In this document: positions 18,138 to 26,576 of the stretch, piece after piece
Layout of the letters: each line of letters starts with the position of its first letter
How positions within the stretch are numbered: the stretch's first letter is position 1
NCBI GenBank assembly: GCA_016839705.1
Contig: JAEOTR010000049.1
Location: 1-33,934, forward strand
Direction: 5' to 3'
Length of the DNA: 33,934 nucleotides
Source of the DNA: Promethearchaeota archaeon
GTDB taxonomy: Archaea > Asgardarchaeota > Lokiarchaeia > Sigyniarchaeales > SOKP01
Position numbers and translations under genes: made by a program
The notes under the pieces: generated by a model
What the model was told of the DNA's origin: nothing
The model's database searches: none
Seen by the model: only the letters and a program-made list of their open reading frames with translations

Positions 18138-18590
18138 TTAAAACTTGCCCTCTTGACTAAATTTTGTTAGATTATCCAAAAGACGCCTTAAGTAGTTTTC
18201 AAACTCATTAATTTCTTTTTCTGAAAAATTTTTATAAAATATATCTACCATTTCATTAGATACTTGAATAAATTTATCTTGTAAGGCTTTATTCTTTTTT
18301 GTCAATTTTATATTAAGAGTTCGCTTATCTTTTTGGGACCGCACACGTTTAATATGCCCTGCTGTTTCGAGATTATCTAATAGGTGTGATAAAGTTGCTT
18401 TACTTAACGATGTTCGTTCTAATAGATCTTGAAAAGATAGATTGTCTTGAAGCCAGAGAGGGAACAATACTCTACCTTCAGCAGGATTTATGTCAATTTT
18501 TTCATATTTTCGAAGTAGGTTAGTAAAGATACGACTAGATAATTTTTGAATCTTAGATATTAGAAATCCTCCTTCCCTCAATTCTACCAT
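18138..18590 (-). CDS. MarR-family transcriptional regulator
   Basis: LSKATLSHLLDNLETAGHIKR..SQKDKR..IKLT. Confidence 0.92.
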   Translation of the reverse strand: MVELREGGFLISKIQKLSSRIFTNLLRKYEKIDINPAEGRVLFPLWLQDNLSFQDLLERTSLSKATLSHLLDNLETAGHIKRVRSQKDKRTLNIKLTKKNKALQDKFIQVSNEMVDIFYKNFSEKEINEFENYLRRLLDNLTKFSQEGKF

Positions 18591-19060
18591 TATTCCCCCC
18601 CTGGCTGGAAATGTATTTGGTTTAGTCTATAATAAAACTTTGCATTTTTTGGGCTAAGTTTGATCAAAGTATAATCGGGATCCTCTAAACCTTTCGAATA
18701 ATATCTTTCCCACCAATCCAGCCATATTTCTTTTTTTAATTCAATATCATCAATAATTTCTGCATCGCCACCATACATAACTCCCTTAAAATCTTCCGGT
18801 TCACAGAAATAAACAGATATTTTAGAATTTTTCTTGATATGATCAATTTTTGACGATGAGGTGTTTGTTGAGATATAAATAACGAATTCATTATCTTGTT
18901 TTGCAAAAAACTCAGAAAATTCTGGAAATTGTTCCTTATTTCTCAAGTTAAACATTGCTCTTGTTATTGGATATCCTTCAGAATCAATAGTAGTCAAATA
19001 AGCAGCTTTAGAGGACTCCATTAATTCCAAACTCAGATTTTTTGCTTCTTCTAATTCCAT
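18590..19060 (-). CDS. Pyridoxamine 5'-phosphate oxidase-like FMN-binding protein (general stress protein 26 type)
   Basis: AYLTTIDSEGYPITRAM, STNTSSSKI, YYSKGLEDPDY. Confidence 0.88.
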   Translation of the reverse strand: MELEEAKNLSLELMESSKAAYLTTIDSEGYPITRAMFNLRNKEQFPEFSEFFAKQDNEFVIYISTNTSSSKIDHIKKNSKISVYFCEPEDFKGVMYGGDAEIIDDIELKKEIWLDWWERYYSKGLEDPDYTLIKLSPKNAKFYYRLNQIHFQPGGE

Positions 19061-19094
19061 GTTTCATACATCTCTATTTAATTATAATTTGATA

Positions 19095-19433
19095 TTATTT
19101 ATTTTTTCTAATCTCATCTAATCTTTCTTTAGCCGAAGGATCCATATCAAAAGTCTTTTTTAAATTATCACAGAAATATTCCTCGCAATAAGCGCAATTT
19201 TCAAGTTGGTGTTCTCTACAGCAGTTCCTCGTTGGGCATTCCTTACACCAACTAAAAATTCTTTTATCTGTATTGCATCCATCACAATATATATCTTCTG
19301 GTCTAAATGACATTGAATCGTTTGACCATTGTTCAGCAACCTTTTTAATTTCTTCATAATCATCCTTTTGGGTAGTAATATATGCAGGGCATACTGCACA
19401 ATTATGTCCACAATAGGTAACAATTTTCTCCAT
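19095..19433 (-). CDS. DUF3795 cysteine-rich protein
   Basis: YCGHNCAVCPAY...CDGC...C..C..R.CC....NCAYCEEY.C. Confidence 0.88.
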   Translation of the reverse strand: MEKIVTYCGHNCAVCPAYITTQKDDYEEIKKVAEQWSNDSMSFRPEDIYCDGCNTDKRIFSWCKECPTRNCCREHQLENCAYCEEYFCDNLKKTFDMDPSAKERLDEIRKNK

Positions 19434-19492
19434 ATTTTTGATTCCTCCTTTTTCTAAATTGTATCTTAATTCAATTTTATTTTATTAAATTT

Positions 19493-20071
19493 TTATTTTT
19501 TAGGTTTATAACTTGTTCCTACTTCATAAGATTCAGCTAAATAATCTCCTATTTTTTGGTAGGGTCCATTTGGCATTAAAAAGATGAATGAATCAAAATC
19601 TTTAACGTCTGGGCTTTCTTCTTTTACATAATTATCATCAGAATATATTTCAACAATTTCACCTATGAATAACTCAGTCTTCTTGAAATCTATAGTATTA
19701 ACTAACCTACATTCAATATTTATACCACATTCTTTTATCATCGGAGCTGTTTTAAGTTCTCCATAAAAAAGTGTGAATTCTTTAGATTTGTCCACTTTTG
19801 AACCAGAATGTAATCCACAATAATCTGTTACAACAACCATCTCGCTTGTGGGAATATTGATGCTAAAACTTTTATTTTCCTTAATACCTTGATTAGTATA
19901 ATGCATTTTTGACATAGTAACACCAATCAAGGGGGGATTACCATGGAGCATGTTAAACCAGACTATAGTATTAAAATTTGGTTTTCCCTTGACATGAGCT
20001 CCTAATAAACATACTGGTAATGGCAATATGGGTAATTTCCACCCTGTTTTAACTTTTCCTATTTTTCTCAC
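19493..20071 (-). CDS. Flavin reductase-like (flavoredoxin) protein
   Basis: PLPV.L, FSINIP, DYCGLHSG..VDK, APMIKEC.INIECRL. Confidence 0.9.
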   Translation of the reverse strand: MRKIGKVKTGWKLPILPLPVCLLGAHVKGKPNFNTIVWFNMLHGNPPLIGVTMSKMHYTNQGIKENKSFSINIPTSEMVVVTDYCGLHSGSKVDKSKEFTLFYGELKTAPMIKECGINIECRLVNTIDFKKTELFIGEIVEIYSDDNYVKEESPDVKDFDSFIFLMPNGPYQKIGDYLAESYEVGTSYKPKK

Positions 20072-20236
20072 CTGCTTTATTAGTTTTTTTATTTTTCAGC
20101 TTACTGATATTTAACTCTTTATCTTTTTCAACTTTTTGTAAGGATAAGTTTTTCCCATGATAAAATTCATCTAATTCAAAATAATAATACGATGTATCCA
20201 TGCGTAAATTCTTAATTTTTAACTGTTTTGATAATT

Positions 20237-20264
20237 GTTCGAAATCGAACTGTTCGATATAAAA
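20237..20264 (-). promoter_or_regulatory. TATA box with overlapping inverted repeats, probable MarR operator
   Basis: ATCGAAC-t-GTTCGAT (20244-20258) overlapping GTTCGA-aa-TCGAAC (20237-20250), directly downstream of minus-strand TTTTATAT. Confidence 0.6.
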
Positions 20265-20595
20265 CAAAATAATTAATCTTCATTTTTAAATTTTTCTATC
20301 AAAAAGATCGTAATATTTTATCTACTTTTTTAGGAGGGACCACATGGGGGAGGGAGAAAATTTTGCAAGAAAAAGGTAAAAAATTTGAAATATTAATTTT
20401 TAGAAAGATGAGATAACCAAATATTATTTAATGGGATGCCATAAAAGTAAGTCGATTCGATCAGCATAAAATTTAACTCTGTTTCCTTCCTTCAAATTAA
20501 ACTCTTCTATATCTCGTTCATCAACTAGAAAGACACCACTTAGATAATATTTCAGATGATATAAATAGGGAATAAAACATTATGAGTTTTGTATA

Positions 20596-21171
20596 TTACG
20601 TTCCTAATCCTCTTATTATTTTAATCATCATAGTCATGAATTTTTCATCAGAACCATGAAGGTTTCTAAATATTATGTGTTGCCTTACAATAGCTTTCCA
20701 AACAGCAATTATATCCAAAAGTTTCTCATCTGTTATTGAATGGCCAATGATGTATTCTACAACTTGCTTAAAGGTATCAATATTCAGATCAGAGACATAT
20801 TTTCTTGCTTTCATAATGAAACTATCCGGATTTTTTAAAGTTTCAAGCTGGAGTGCAATAAGGAATTTTCTTCTATTTCGTCCAATATCTAAAGAAGTAA
20901 AGAAAAAATTTTTTATACTTTCTTCATCTAATTTTTGGTATTTTCCTTCAAATTGATCTTTAAAACTCTTCATTATTTCCAGTAAGATATCCTCTTTACC
21001 GTCGGGGAAATCTTTATATAATGTACCTATAGGGATATTAGTGCGTTTATGCAGTAGATTCATTGAAAGATTGTCATAGCCGTCATTATCAATTACTTCT
21101 TGCGATATTTTTACGATCTGAGCAATTCTCTCCTCTTTATCCCTCGCATAACGTTTTCGATGAGATAACAT
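20596..21171 (-). CDS. TetR/AcrR-family regulator
   Basis: GYDNLSMN.L..RTNIPIGTLYKDFPDGKEDIL HTH. Confidence 0.88.
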   Translation of the reverse strand: MLSHRKRYARDKEERIAQIVKISQEVIDNDGYDNLSMNLLHKRTNIPIGTLYKDFPDGKEDILLEIMKSFKDQFEGKYQKLDEESIKNFFFTSLDIGRNRRKFLIALQLETLKNPDSFIMKARKYVSDLNIDTFKQVVEYIIGHSITDEKLLDIIAVWKAIVRQHIIFRNLHGSDEKFMTMMIKIIRGLGT

Positions 21172-21248
21172 AATTGTGTGAATTATTCACTTTTATTTAA
21201 ATATAGATCAACAAAACATTTAAATATTTTGTTTGAATACAATTATTG

Positions 21249-21269
21249 AAAGTGAGAATATCTCACTTT
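21249..21269. promoter_or_regulatory. Perfect inverted repeat, probable TetR operator
   Basis: AAAGTGAGA-ata-TCTCACTTT; related GTGAAT-t-ATTCAC at 21178-21190. Confidence 0.65.
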
Positions 21270-21290
21270 AACATATATGTAAATTTTTAG

Positions 21291-22712
21291 GTGATAAAAA
21301 TGTTAGAACAGATTAAATTAAAAAGTCAATATTTTAAAAGAAAATTGAATCAAAGAGAACGTGTACATTCAAAAGCACCAAATTCAAACATTTCAATGAT
21401 AGCAACCATCCTTGGTAATGTTTCCATTGATGAATTAAAAAAAGCTATTAAAAAGATGCAACAACGTCATCCTATACTCAATGCGCGCTTAGAAATTGAT
21501 GAGAAAAAACTTTATATTGCAGCAAATGATAGTTTAGAAATTCCCTTAAAAATAGTCAATCGTATATCTGATGATCAATGGAGAGATGTAATTATTCAAG
21601 AACATAAAATCCCCTTTGCAATGGAGCAAGGACCGTTAATTAGGTTTATATTACTATATTCACCTGAAATTTCAGATTTAATCATCTTTAGTCAACATGC
21701 GATTTGTGATGGCATGTCCTTGACTTATTTGGCAAGAGATTTAATGATATATCTTGGGAACCCAACCAAAGAGGTTGTTTTACTACCTCCCGCGCCATTG
21801 GTTAACAACGATAATATTCCCTCTGATATTAAACCTAATTTAGTATTGCGTATCTTTAGCAAAACAATCAATAAGAAATGGGAAAAAAGTGAATTCCTCT
21901 TTGATTATGATGATTTTTACGCTCTACATGAAATTTATTATAAGCACTATACATATAAAGCACACTTATATGAGCTTTCTAAGGATGACACAGAAGCTTT
22001 GATTATAGCTTGTCGTAAAAATGGGGTGACTGTGAACACAGCTTTGATCATTGCGTTTGCTATTGCTCAAAACCAGTTAAATCCTAATTCTCCAAAATAT
22101 TTACAGAATTTTGGGTTTGCAGTAAATTTAAGAGATCTCCTAAAAAATCCTGTGGCAGAACAATTTGGCTTTTTCGCAGGAGGAATGCAGCTCAATTTTA
22201 AATATTCTGAAAAAGAGACATTTTGGGAAGCGGTTAAAAAGTTTTACCATATAGCATCACCTGCAGAAGCAAGAAAACAAGCGCTAGTAGGCACTTTAAA
22301 TGCTTTTTTATTAAATTCAACCCTATATGATGCTCAAATCTTCGCTGCTTTCGGTCACTTAATTCCGGCTACTTCACAAAGCTATGATAAAATTCAAGCA
22401 TTTATCAAGGAAAAAAAGAATATTGTAAATAAAATGGTCAAGAAAAAACTTTCAAAAGGATTTGCTATGGCTCAAATAATGACAAACCTTGGAAAAACGG
22501 GCTTTCCAGAAAAATATGGAGATTTAGTATTAAAGAATCTGATTTTGATGCCCTCTTGTTCTCCTTACACTGAATTAGTCTTAGGTGTGGTCACACATGG
22601 TGGAACACTGAGTATAACTTTGAATCATATGGAAGAATCAATCTCTTCAGAAAAAATATTGAAAATAAAAGAAAAAGCAAATCAAATATTAATGAAAGCT
22701 ATAAGGCAATAG
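21291..22712 (+). CDS. Stand-alone condensation-domain/alcohol O-acyltransferase (PapA5/Atf-like)
   Basis: RHPIL.A, GPLIRF.L, catalytic QHAICDGMS (HxxxDG), GVTVNTAL, AVNLR, MTNLG. Confidence 0.85.
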   Translation: MIKMLEQIKLKSQYFKRKLNQRERVHSKAPNSNISMIATILGNVSIDELKKAIKKMQQRHPILNARLEIDEKKLYIAANDSLEIPLKIVNRISDDQWRDVIIQEHKIPFAMEQGPLIRFILLYSPEISDLIIFSQHAICDGMSLTYLARDLMIYLGNPTKEVVLLPPAPLVNNDNIPSDIKPNLVLRIFSKTINKKWEKSEFLFDYDDFYALHEIYYKHYTYKAHLYELSKDDTEALIIACRKNGVTVNTALIIAFAIAQNQLNPNSPKYLQNFGFAVNLRDLLKNPVAEQFGFFAGGMQLNFKYSEKETFWEAVKKFYHIASPAEARKQALVGTLNAFLLNSTLYDAQIFAAFGHLIPATSQSYDKIQAFIKEKKNIVNKMVKKKLSKGFAMAQIMTNLGKTGFPEKYGDLVLKNLILMPSCSPYTELVLGVVTHGGTLSITLNHMEESISSEKILKIKEKANQILMKAIRQ

Positions 22713-22850
22713 ACAAAATTTGTATATTCCAACTTCACAAAGTGAAATTGAGTAGGATTAATTCCCTTTAAATCTACTTTTTTTTTAATATTATTAGAAA
22801 TCTTTATCCGTAATTCTAATGTTATTAATTAAATTTAAAAAAAATTATGA

Positions 22851-23768
22851 TTATTTGTTGAAGGCGGATAAAATCTCTTCATTTATACTCTCAAACAACC
22901 CAGGTTTGGATGGTACACCTCCAAACATGATCTCTTCGACGCCCACGTCTTTATATTGTTGAATGCGGTCGATTATAAAGGAAGCAGTGCCATACATGCC
23001 CCATTCACCGCGAGTTTTGCGAAGTTGTGCAGCTTTTTTTTCATCACTTTCAAGGCGCAAAGGAATGTGAATTGTTTTTTTGATCTCAGCCGGATCACGA
23101 CCAAATTCTTCACAGTGGTGTTCAATCACATCCATTTTATGTTTAAATAATTCTGGAGATGCGGGATAATTAAAATCAAGGTTACAAATATCACCAAATT
23201 TGGCAAGTGTGCGTAATGTTCGTTTTTCTCCATTTCCACCAACCATAATTGGAACATGCGGCTTTTGTGTACAAGCTGGTGAAAAATGCGCCTTATTGAG
23301 TTTATAGTAGTGCCCATTATAGTCAACAGGTCCTTCCGCTGTAAACAGTATCTTTATCAACTCAACTGCTTCTTCCAGACGATCACATCGCTCCCGAACA
23401 CCTGGAAACTCCCACCCGAAAGCTTCATGTTCTCCCTTGTACCACCCCGCACCGATACCAAGGTTAAGACGACCATTAGAAATCTGGTCCACCGTAGCAG
23501 CCATCTTTGCGAGTAGCGCTGGGTTTCTGTAAGTATTACCTGTTACGAGTATACCCAGTCGCAAACGCTTGGTGACGGCAGCGGTAGCAGTAATCAACGA
23601 CCAACCTTCCAGGGCAGGCCTATCTTCTAGACCTGCTCCCGGAACAGGTGTCAGAAAATGATCTGAGTAATAGAGACTGTGCCACCGCCCTGCTTCGACT
23701 ACTTTAATCGTTGAAAGTAATTCTTCCCAAGTGATAGAATAATTAACTAATTGTGCTCCAAATTGCAT
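22851..23768 (-). CDS. LLM-class, probably F420-dependent oxidoreductase (Rv1855c-like)
   Basis: SDHF, RLRLGILVTGNTYRNPALLAKMAATVDQISNGRL.LGIGAGW, PIMVGGNGEKRTL. Confidence 0.92.
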   Translation of the reverse strand: MQFGAQLVNYSITWEELLSTIKVVEAGRWHSLYYSDHFLTPVPGAGLEDRPALEGWSLITATAAVTKRLRLGILVTGNTYRNPALLAKMAATVDQISNGRLNLGIGAGWYKGEHEAFGWEFPGVRERCDRLEEAVELIKILFTAEGPVDYNGHYYKLNKAHFSPACTQKPHVPIMVGGNGEKRTLRTLAKFGDICNLDFNYPASPELFKHKMDVIEHHCEEFGRDPAEIKKTIHIPLRLESDEKKAAQLRKTRGEWGMYGTASFIIDRIQQYKDVGVEEIMFGGVPSKPGLFESINEEILSAFNK

Positions 23769-23989
23769 AGAAATTCCTCTTTTTAATTAATAAATATCTA
23801 ATTGATTATTTTTTAATTATAACAGTAAAAGAAAAAATATTTTTAAAATTTCTCATTAGAGATTAAGAGATGATTTTTTGTCCTAGGCAAGGTAGAATCA
23901 CAAATCTGTAAATGAATATACAAAAATTTTTTAAATATCTTTTAATTAATTGAATATCATTACAAAATACAACTCTGTAGTTTAAAACT

Positions 23990-24673
23990 ATGATTGAATA
24001 CATATTTTTAGTTATTTTTGTTATTGTTGCAATAATCGAAATATTTGGCGAATTCAAAGAAAACACTAAGATTATCTATATTACTAAACCAATTTTAATG
24101 CCCCTATTGATCTTGTTTTATATCTTTGGAGTCATCGAGACAACTTCAATAACCCGAGTAGACTGGTTGATTGTGGTTGCGTTGATTGGTGGAATGGGGG
24201 GGGATATCTTCTTAATGCTTAAAAATGAAGATAAGTGGTTTTTACCAGGAATGGGTTCGTTTCTAATAAACCAGATTTTTTATATTATAGCTTTCTTCTT
24301 ATCAATCACGGATTACGTTGCATTCAATTTATGGGGATTACTTCTAATAATCCCTGCACTTTTAATACTTGCTTTCACTGTACCGAGATTTATTAACAAA
24401 ACAGAAGATATGAAGATCCCGGTTTTGATATATATGGTAGCAATCCTTGTAATGCATATCTCTGCTTTATTGCGGATGGCTGATCCAAGACTTCAAGGTT
24501 TACCATTTGTTTTGATCTTTATCGGTTCTCTGTCGTTTATTTTTTCTGACGCTTCCATTGCTGTAAATAAATGGGCGGGAGAGTTTAAGAACGCAAGATT
24601 AATTATATTAACAACTTATATCTTAGCTCAATTCTATATCGTTTTAGGCGCTTTGTTTACCAGTTTGCTTTAA
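23990..24673 (+). CDS. Lysoplasmalogenase YhhN/TMEM86 family
   Basis: TKPILMP, GDIFLM, GSLSFIFSD, TYILAQ; multi-TM. Confidence 0.88.
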   Translation: MIEYIFLVIFVIVAIIEIFGEFKENTKIIYITKPILMPLLILFYIFGVIETTSITRVDWLIVVALIGGMGGDIFLMLKNEDKWFLPGMGSFLINQIFYIIAFFLSITDYVAFNLWGLLLIIPALLILAFTVPRFINKTEDMKIPVLIYMVAILVMHISALLRMADPRLQGLPFVLIFIGSLSFIFSDASIAVNKWAGEFKNARLIILTTYILAQFYIVLGALFTSLL

Positions 24674-24815
24674 CAAGTTATAATTATTAATTTACTTTTT
24701 TTTTTTATTTGTAATAAAAATAACGTGATAGGTGGTAAATCTTTAAAATAAGATAGTTGTAAAAAAATTTTTAATTTAGCAATAATTAGTTCGTTTGTTA
24801 GATAATTTATTTAAA

Positions 24816-24949
24816 GCCTCGGTGGCTTAGCTGGTATATGATTTTAAATTTGATGATATCAACCGAAAGCACTGCCTTGGTAAGGCAGAGGTCGCGGGTT
24901 CAAAAGTGAAAAAAAAGTCTATTTTTCACTGAAAATCCCGCCCGAGGCT
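24816..24949 (+). tRNA. tRNA-Thr(GGT) with two non-canonical introns (24838-24867 at about 22/23; 24905-24935 at about 59/60)
   Basis: Acceptor GCCTCGG/CCGAGGC, anticodon arm CTGCC-TTGGTAA-GGCAG, T-stem GCGGG/CCCGC; both inserts form BHB motifs. Confidence 0.93.
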
Positions 24950-25126
24950 TAACTTTTTTTTCTAATCCAAGAACCGTGGGTTGGTATTTTAATTCCCCAT
25001 TTCATACAGTATTTTTTAAATCACCTTAACACCAAATTCTATGGTATTTGTGTTTAAAAGGAAAAGAATAAATTTTAAGGATTATTGATTTTTTTTGTAA
25101 TTTTACATAAAATGATGTAATTGATC

Positions 25127-25244
25127 GCCGGTGTGGCTTAGCTGGTTATAGCGCCAGACACACTCTCATGCTGAATACATGGGTCAGACTGAAGGTGCTG
25201 GACTCATAATCTGGAGGTCGAGGGCTCGAATCCCTCCACCGGCA
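25127..25244 (+). tRNA. tRNA-Met(CAT), probably elongator, with 44-nt intron at 32/33 (25160-25203)
   Basis: Acceptor GCCGGTG/CACCGGC, spliced arm CCAGA-CTCATAA-TCTGG, T-stem GAGGG/CCCTC; BHB core CCAG/CTGG with ACA and ACT bulges. Confidence 0.9.
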
Positions 25245-25370
25245 TTTCACTTCCTTCTTTAACGTTATTCTAACAATTTCAAAATTCTCTCTTAAGATAA
25301 TTTTATATTTAGTAGGCTAGGAAATCTTCTTATATTTTTTGAAATAAATGTAAATATCTCAAATATTTAA

Positions 25371-26396
25371 CTATTTTAAAGAAAGTAAATCTTTAGCTAA
25401 TTTATAAAAACCTTCATTTATATTCTCGCCTGTTAAGGCAGAAGATTCAAAATAGTCTAGTTTAAGTTCATTCGCAAGACTAATAGCATTTTCCTTGGGC
25501 ACTTTAATATTATCAATTAAATCTTTTTTATTCCCAAAAATTAATCCAGTAAGCCTTGATTCCCTTCCAATATTTTTCTTAATATCTTTATACCATTGAT
25601 TGATACTATTAATTGAATCTAGATTTGTTAAATCAAAAACAAGTATCACACCATCTGATCCCGCATAAAAATGTTTTCTTAATGTGCCAAATTTAGATTG
25701 ACCTGCAATATCCCAAAAAATAAGTTGAATGCGAGTGTTATCAATGATCAATTTTTTTTCACTTACATTTACTCCAAGCGTTGGAATGTAAGTTCTACTA
25801 AATGCACTTTCTGTATATCTAAGACTAATAGATGTCTTCCCTACACTGGGATCACCACATATTATTATCTTAAATTGATAACTTGGTAAATTTTCTAATT
25901 CAGGAAAAGCTTCTGAATTATTACCAGAGTTCTCCTGTATTCGTAAATGATCAAAAACATCCGATAATTTAATTTGAAGTTTTTTTATTTCCCCTAATAT
26001 CTTTTCTTCACTTCTCTCTGATAACTCCAGTTCAAGAATTTTATTTGCTGTATCGTTAAATAAACCTTCTATATTTTTCAAATGTTTGTAGAAAATAGCA
26101 TCGTCTTCTTCTCTAAAAACCAGTGTAATTGCAGATTGATCTACACCTCCACGACGAATTTCTTCCTTTATTTCTATATATTTAATTATACCCTTCAGTT
26201 TTAGTGAAGGAAATGGAATGAGAACTAAAGATGTAGGTGTAAAACCTTGTTCTGTTCCAAGAAAAGTTATAGATTTAAAGCTGATTAAATTTATAGTATC
26301 TTCTGATAATTCAAGAGAATCCCAACAAACAGAATTCGGGCCAAATACATCATCATTTTCTGAGTATACAATTCCCCTAATAATATCTGATTTCAT
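25371..26396 (-). CDS. Rab/Ras-like small GTPase with N-terminal longin/uDENN-like domain
   Basis: G1 GDPSVGKT, G2 PTLG, G3 WDIAGQ, G4 NKKD, G5 SA; N-domain IRGIVYSENDDVFGP; start placed at ATG 26396 rather than the track start 26561. Confidence 0.88.
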   Translation of the reverse strand: MKSDIIRGIVYSENDDVFGPNSVCWDSLELSEDTINLISFKSITFLGTEQGFTPTSLVLIPFPSLKLKGIIKYIEIKEEIRRGGVDQSAITLVFREEDDAIFYKHLKNIEGLFNDTANKILELELSERSEEKILGEIKKLQIKLSDVFDHLRIQENSGNNSEAFPELENLPSYQFKIIICGDPSVGKTSISLRYTESAFSRTYIPTLGVNVSEKKLIIDNTRIQLIFWDIAGQSKFGTLRKHFYAGSDGVILVFDLTNLDSINSINQWYKDIKKNIGRESRLTGLIFGNKKDLIDNIKVPKENAISLANELKLDYFESSALTGENINEGFYKLAKDLLSLK

Positions 26397-26576
26397 TATT
26401 TCGGATGATCCTTTTAAAAATAAAAAATCGATTACTTTAAACATAAATTTTCCCTTTTTAATTTTAACTTTTAGGTAATAGCTAAAACATATAGAAATAT
26501 GAGTGAAGTTAAAGCCTTTCGCTTTGTCTAAGAGTATCGATCCGCCGGCACTCTTTTTCAATTAAGATAAACTATA

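Noticed and set aside
20049-20267. 72-aa ORF upstream of the flavin reductase
   Set aside because: Overlaps the TATA/operator palindromes and the next gene, with no recognisable motif; a shorter 50-aa version from ATG 20201 cannot be excluded
24674-25370. tRNA pair as an integration site for a mobile element
   Set aside because: No integrase, transposase or duplicated tRNA 3' end seen in the window
26397-26561. N-terminal extension of the GTPase ORF
   Set aside because: AT-rich promoter-like sequence plus an imperfect hairpin (about 26530-26555) that is probably the aminopeptidase terminator
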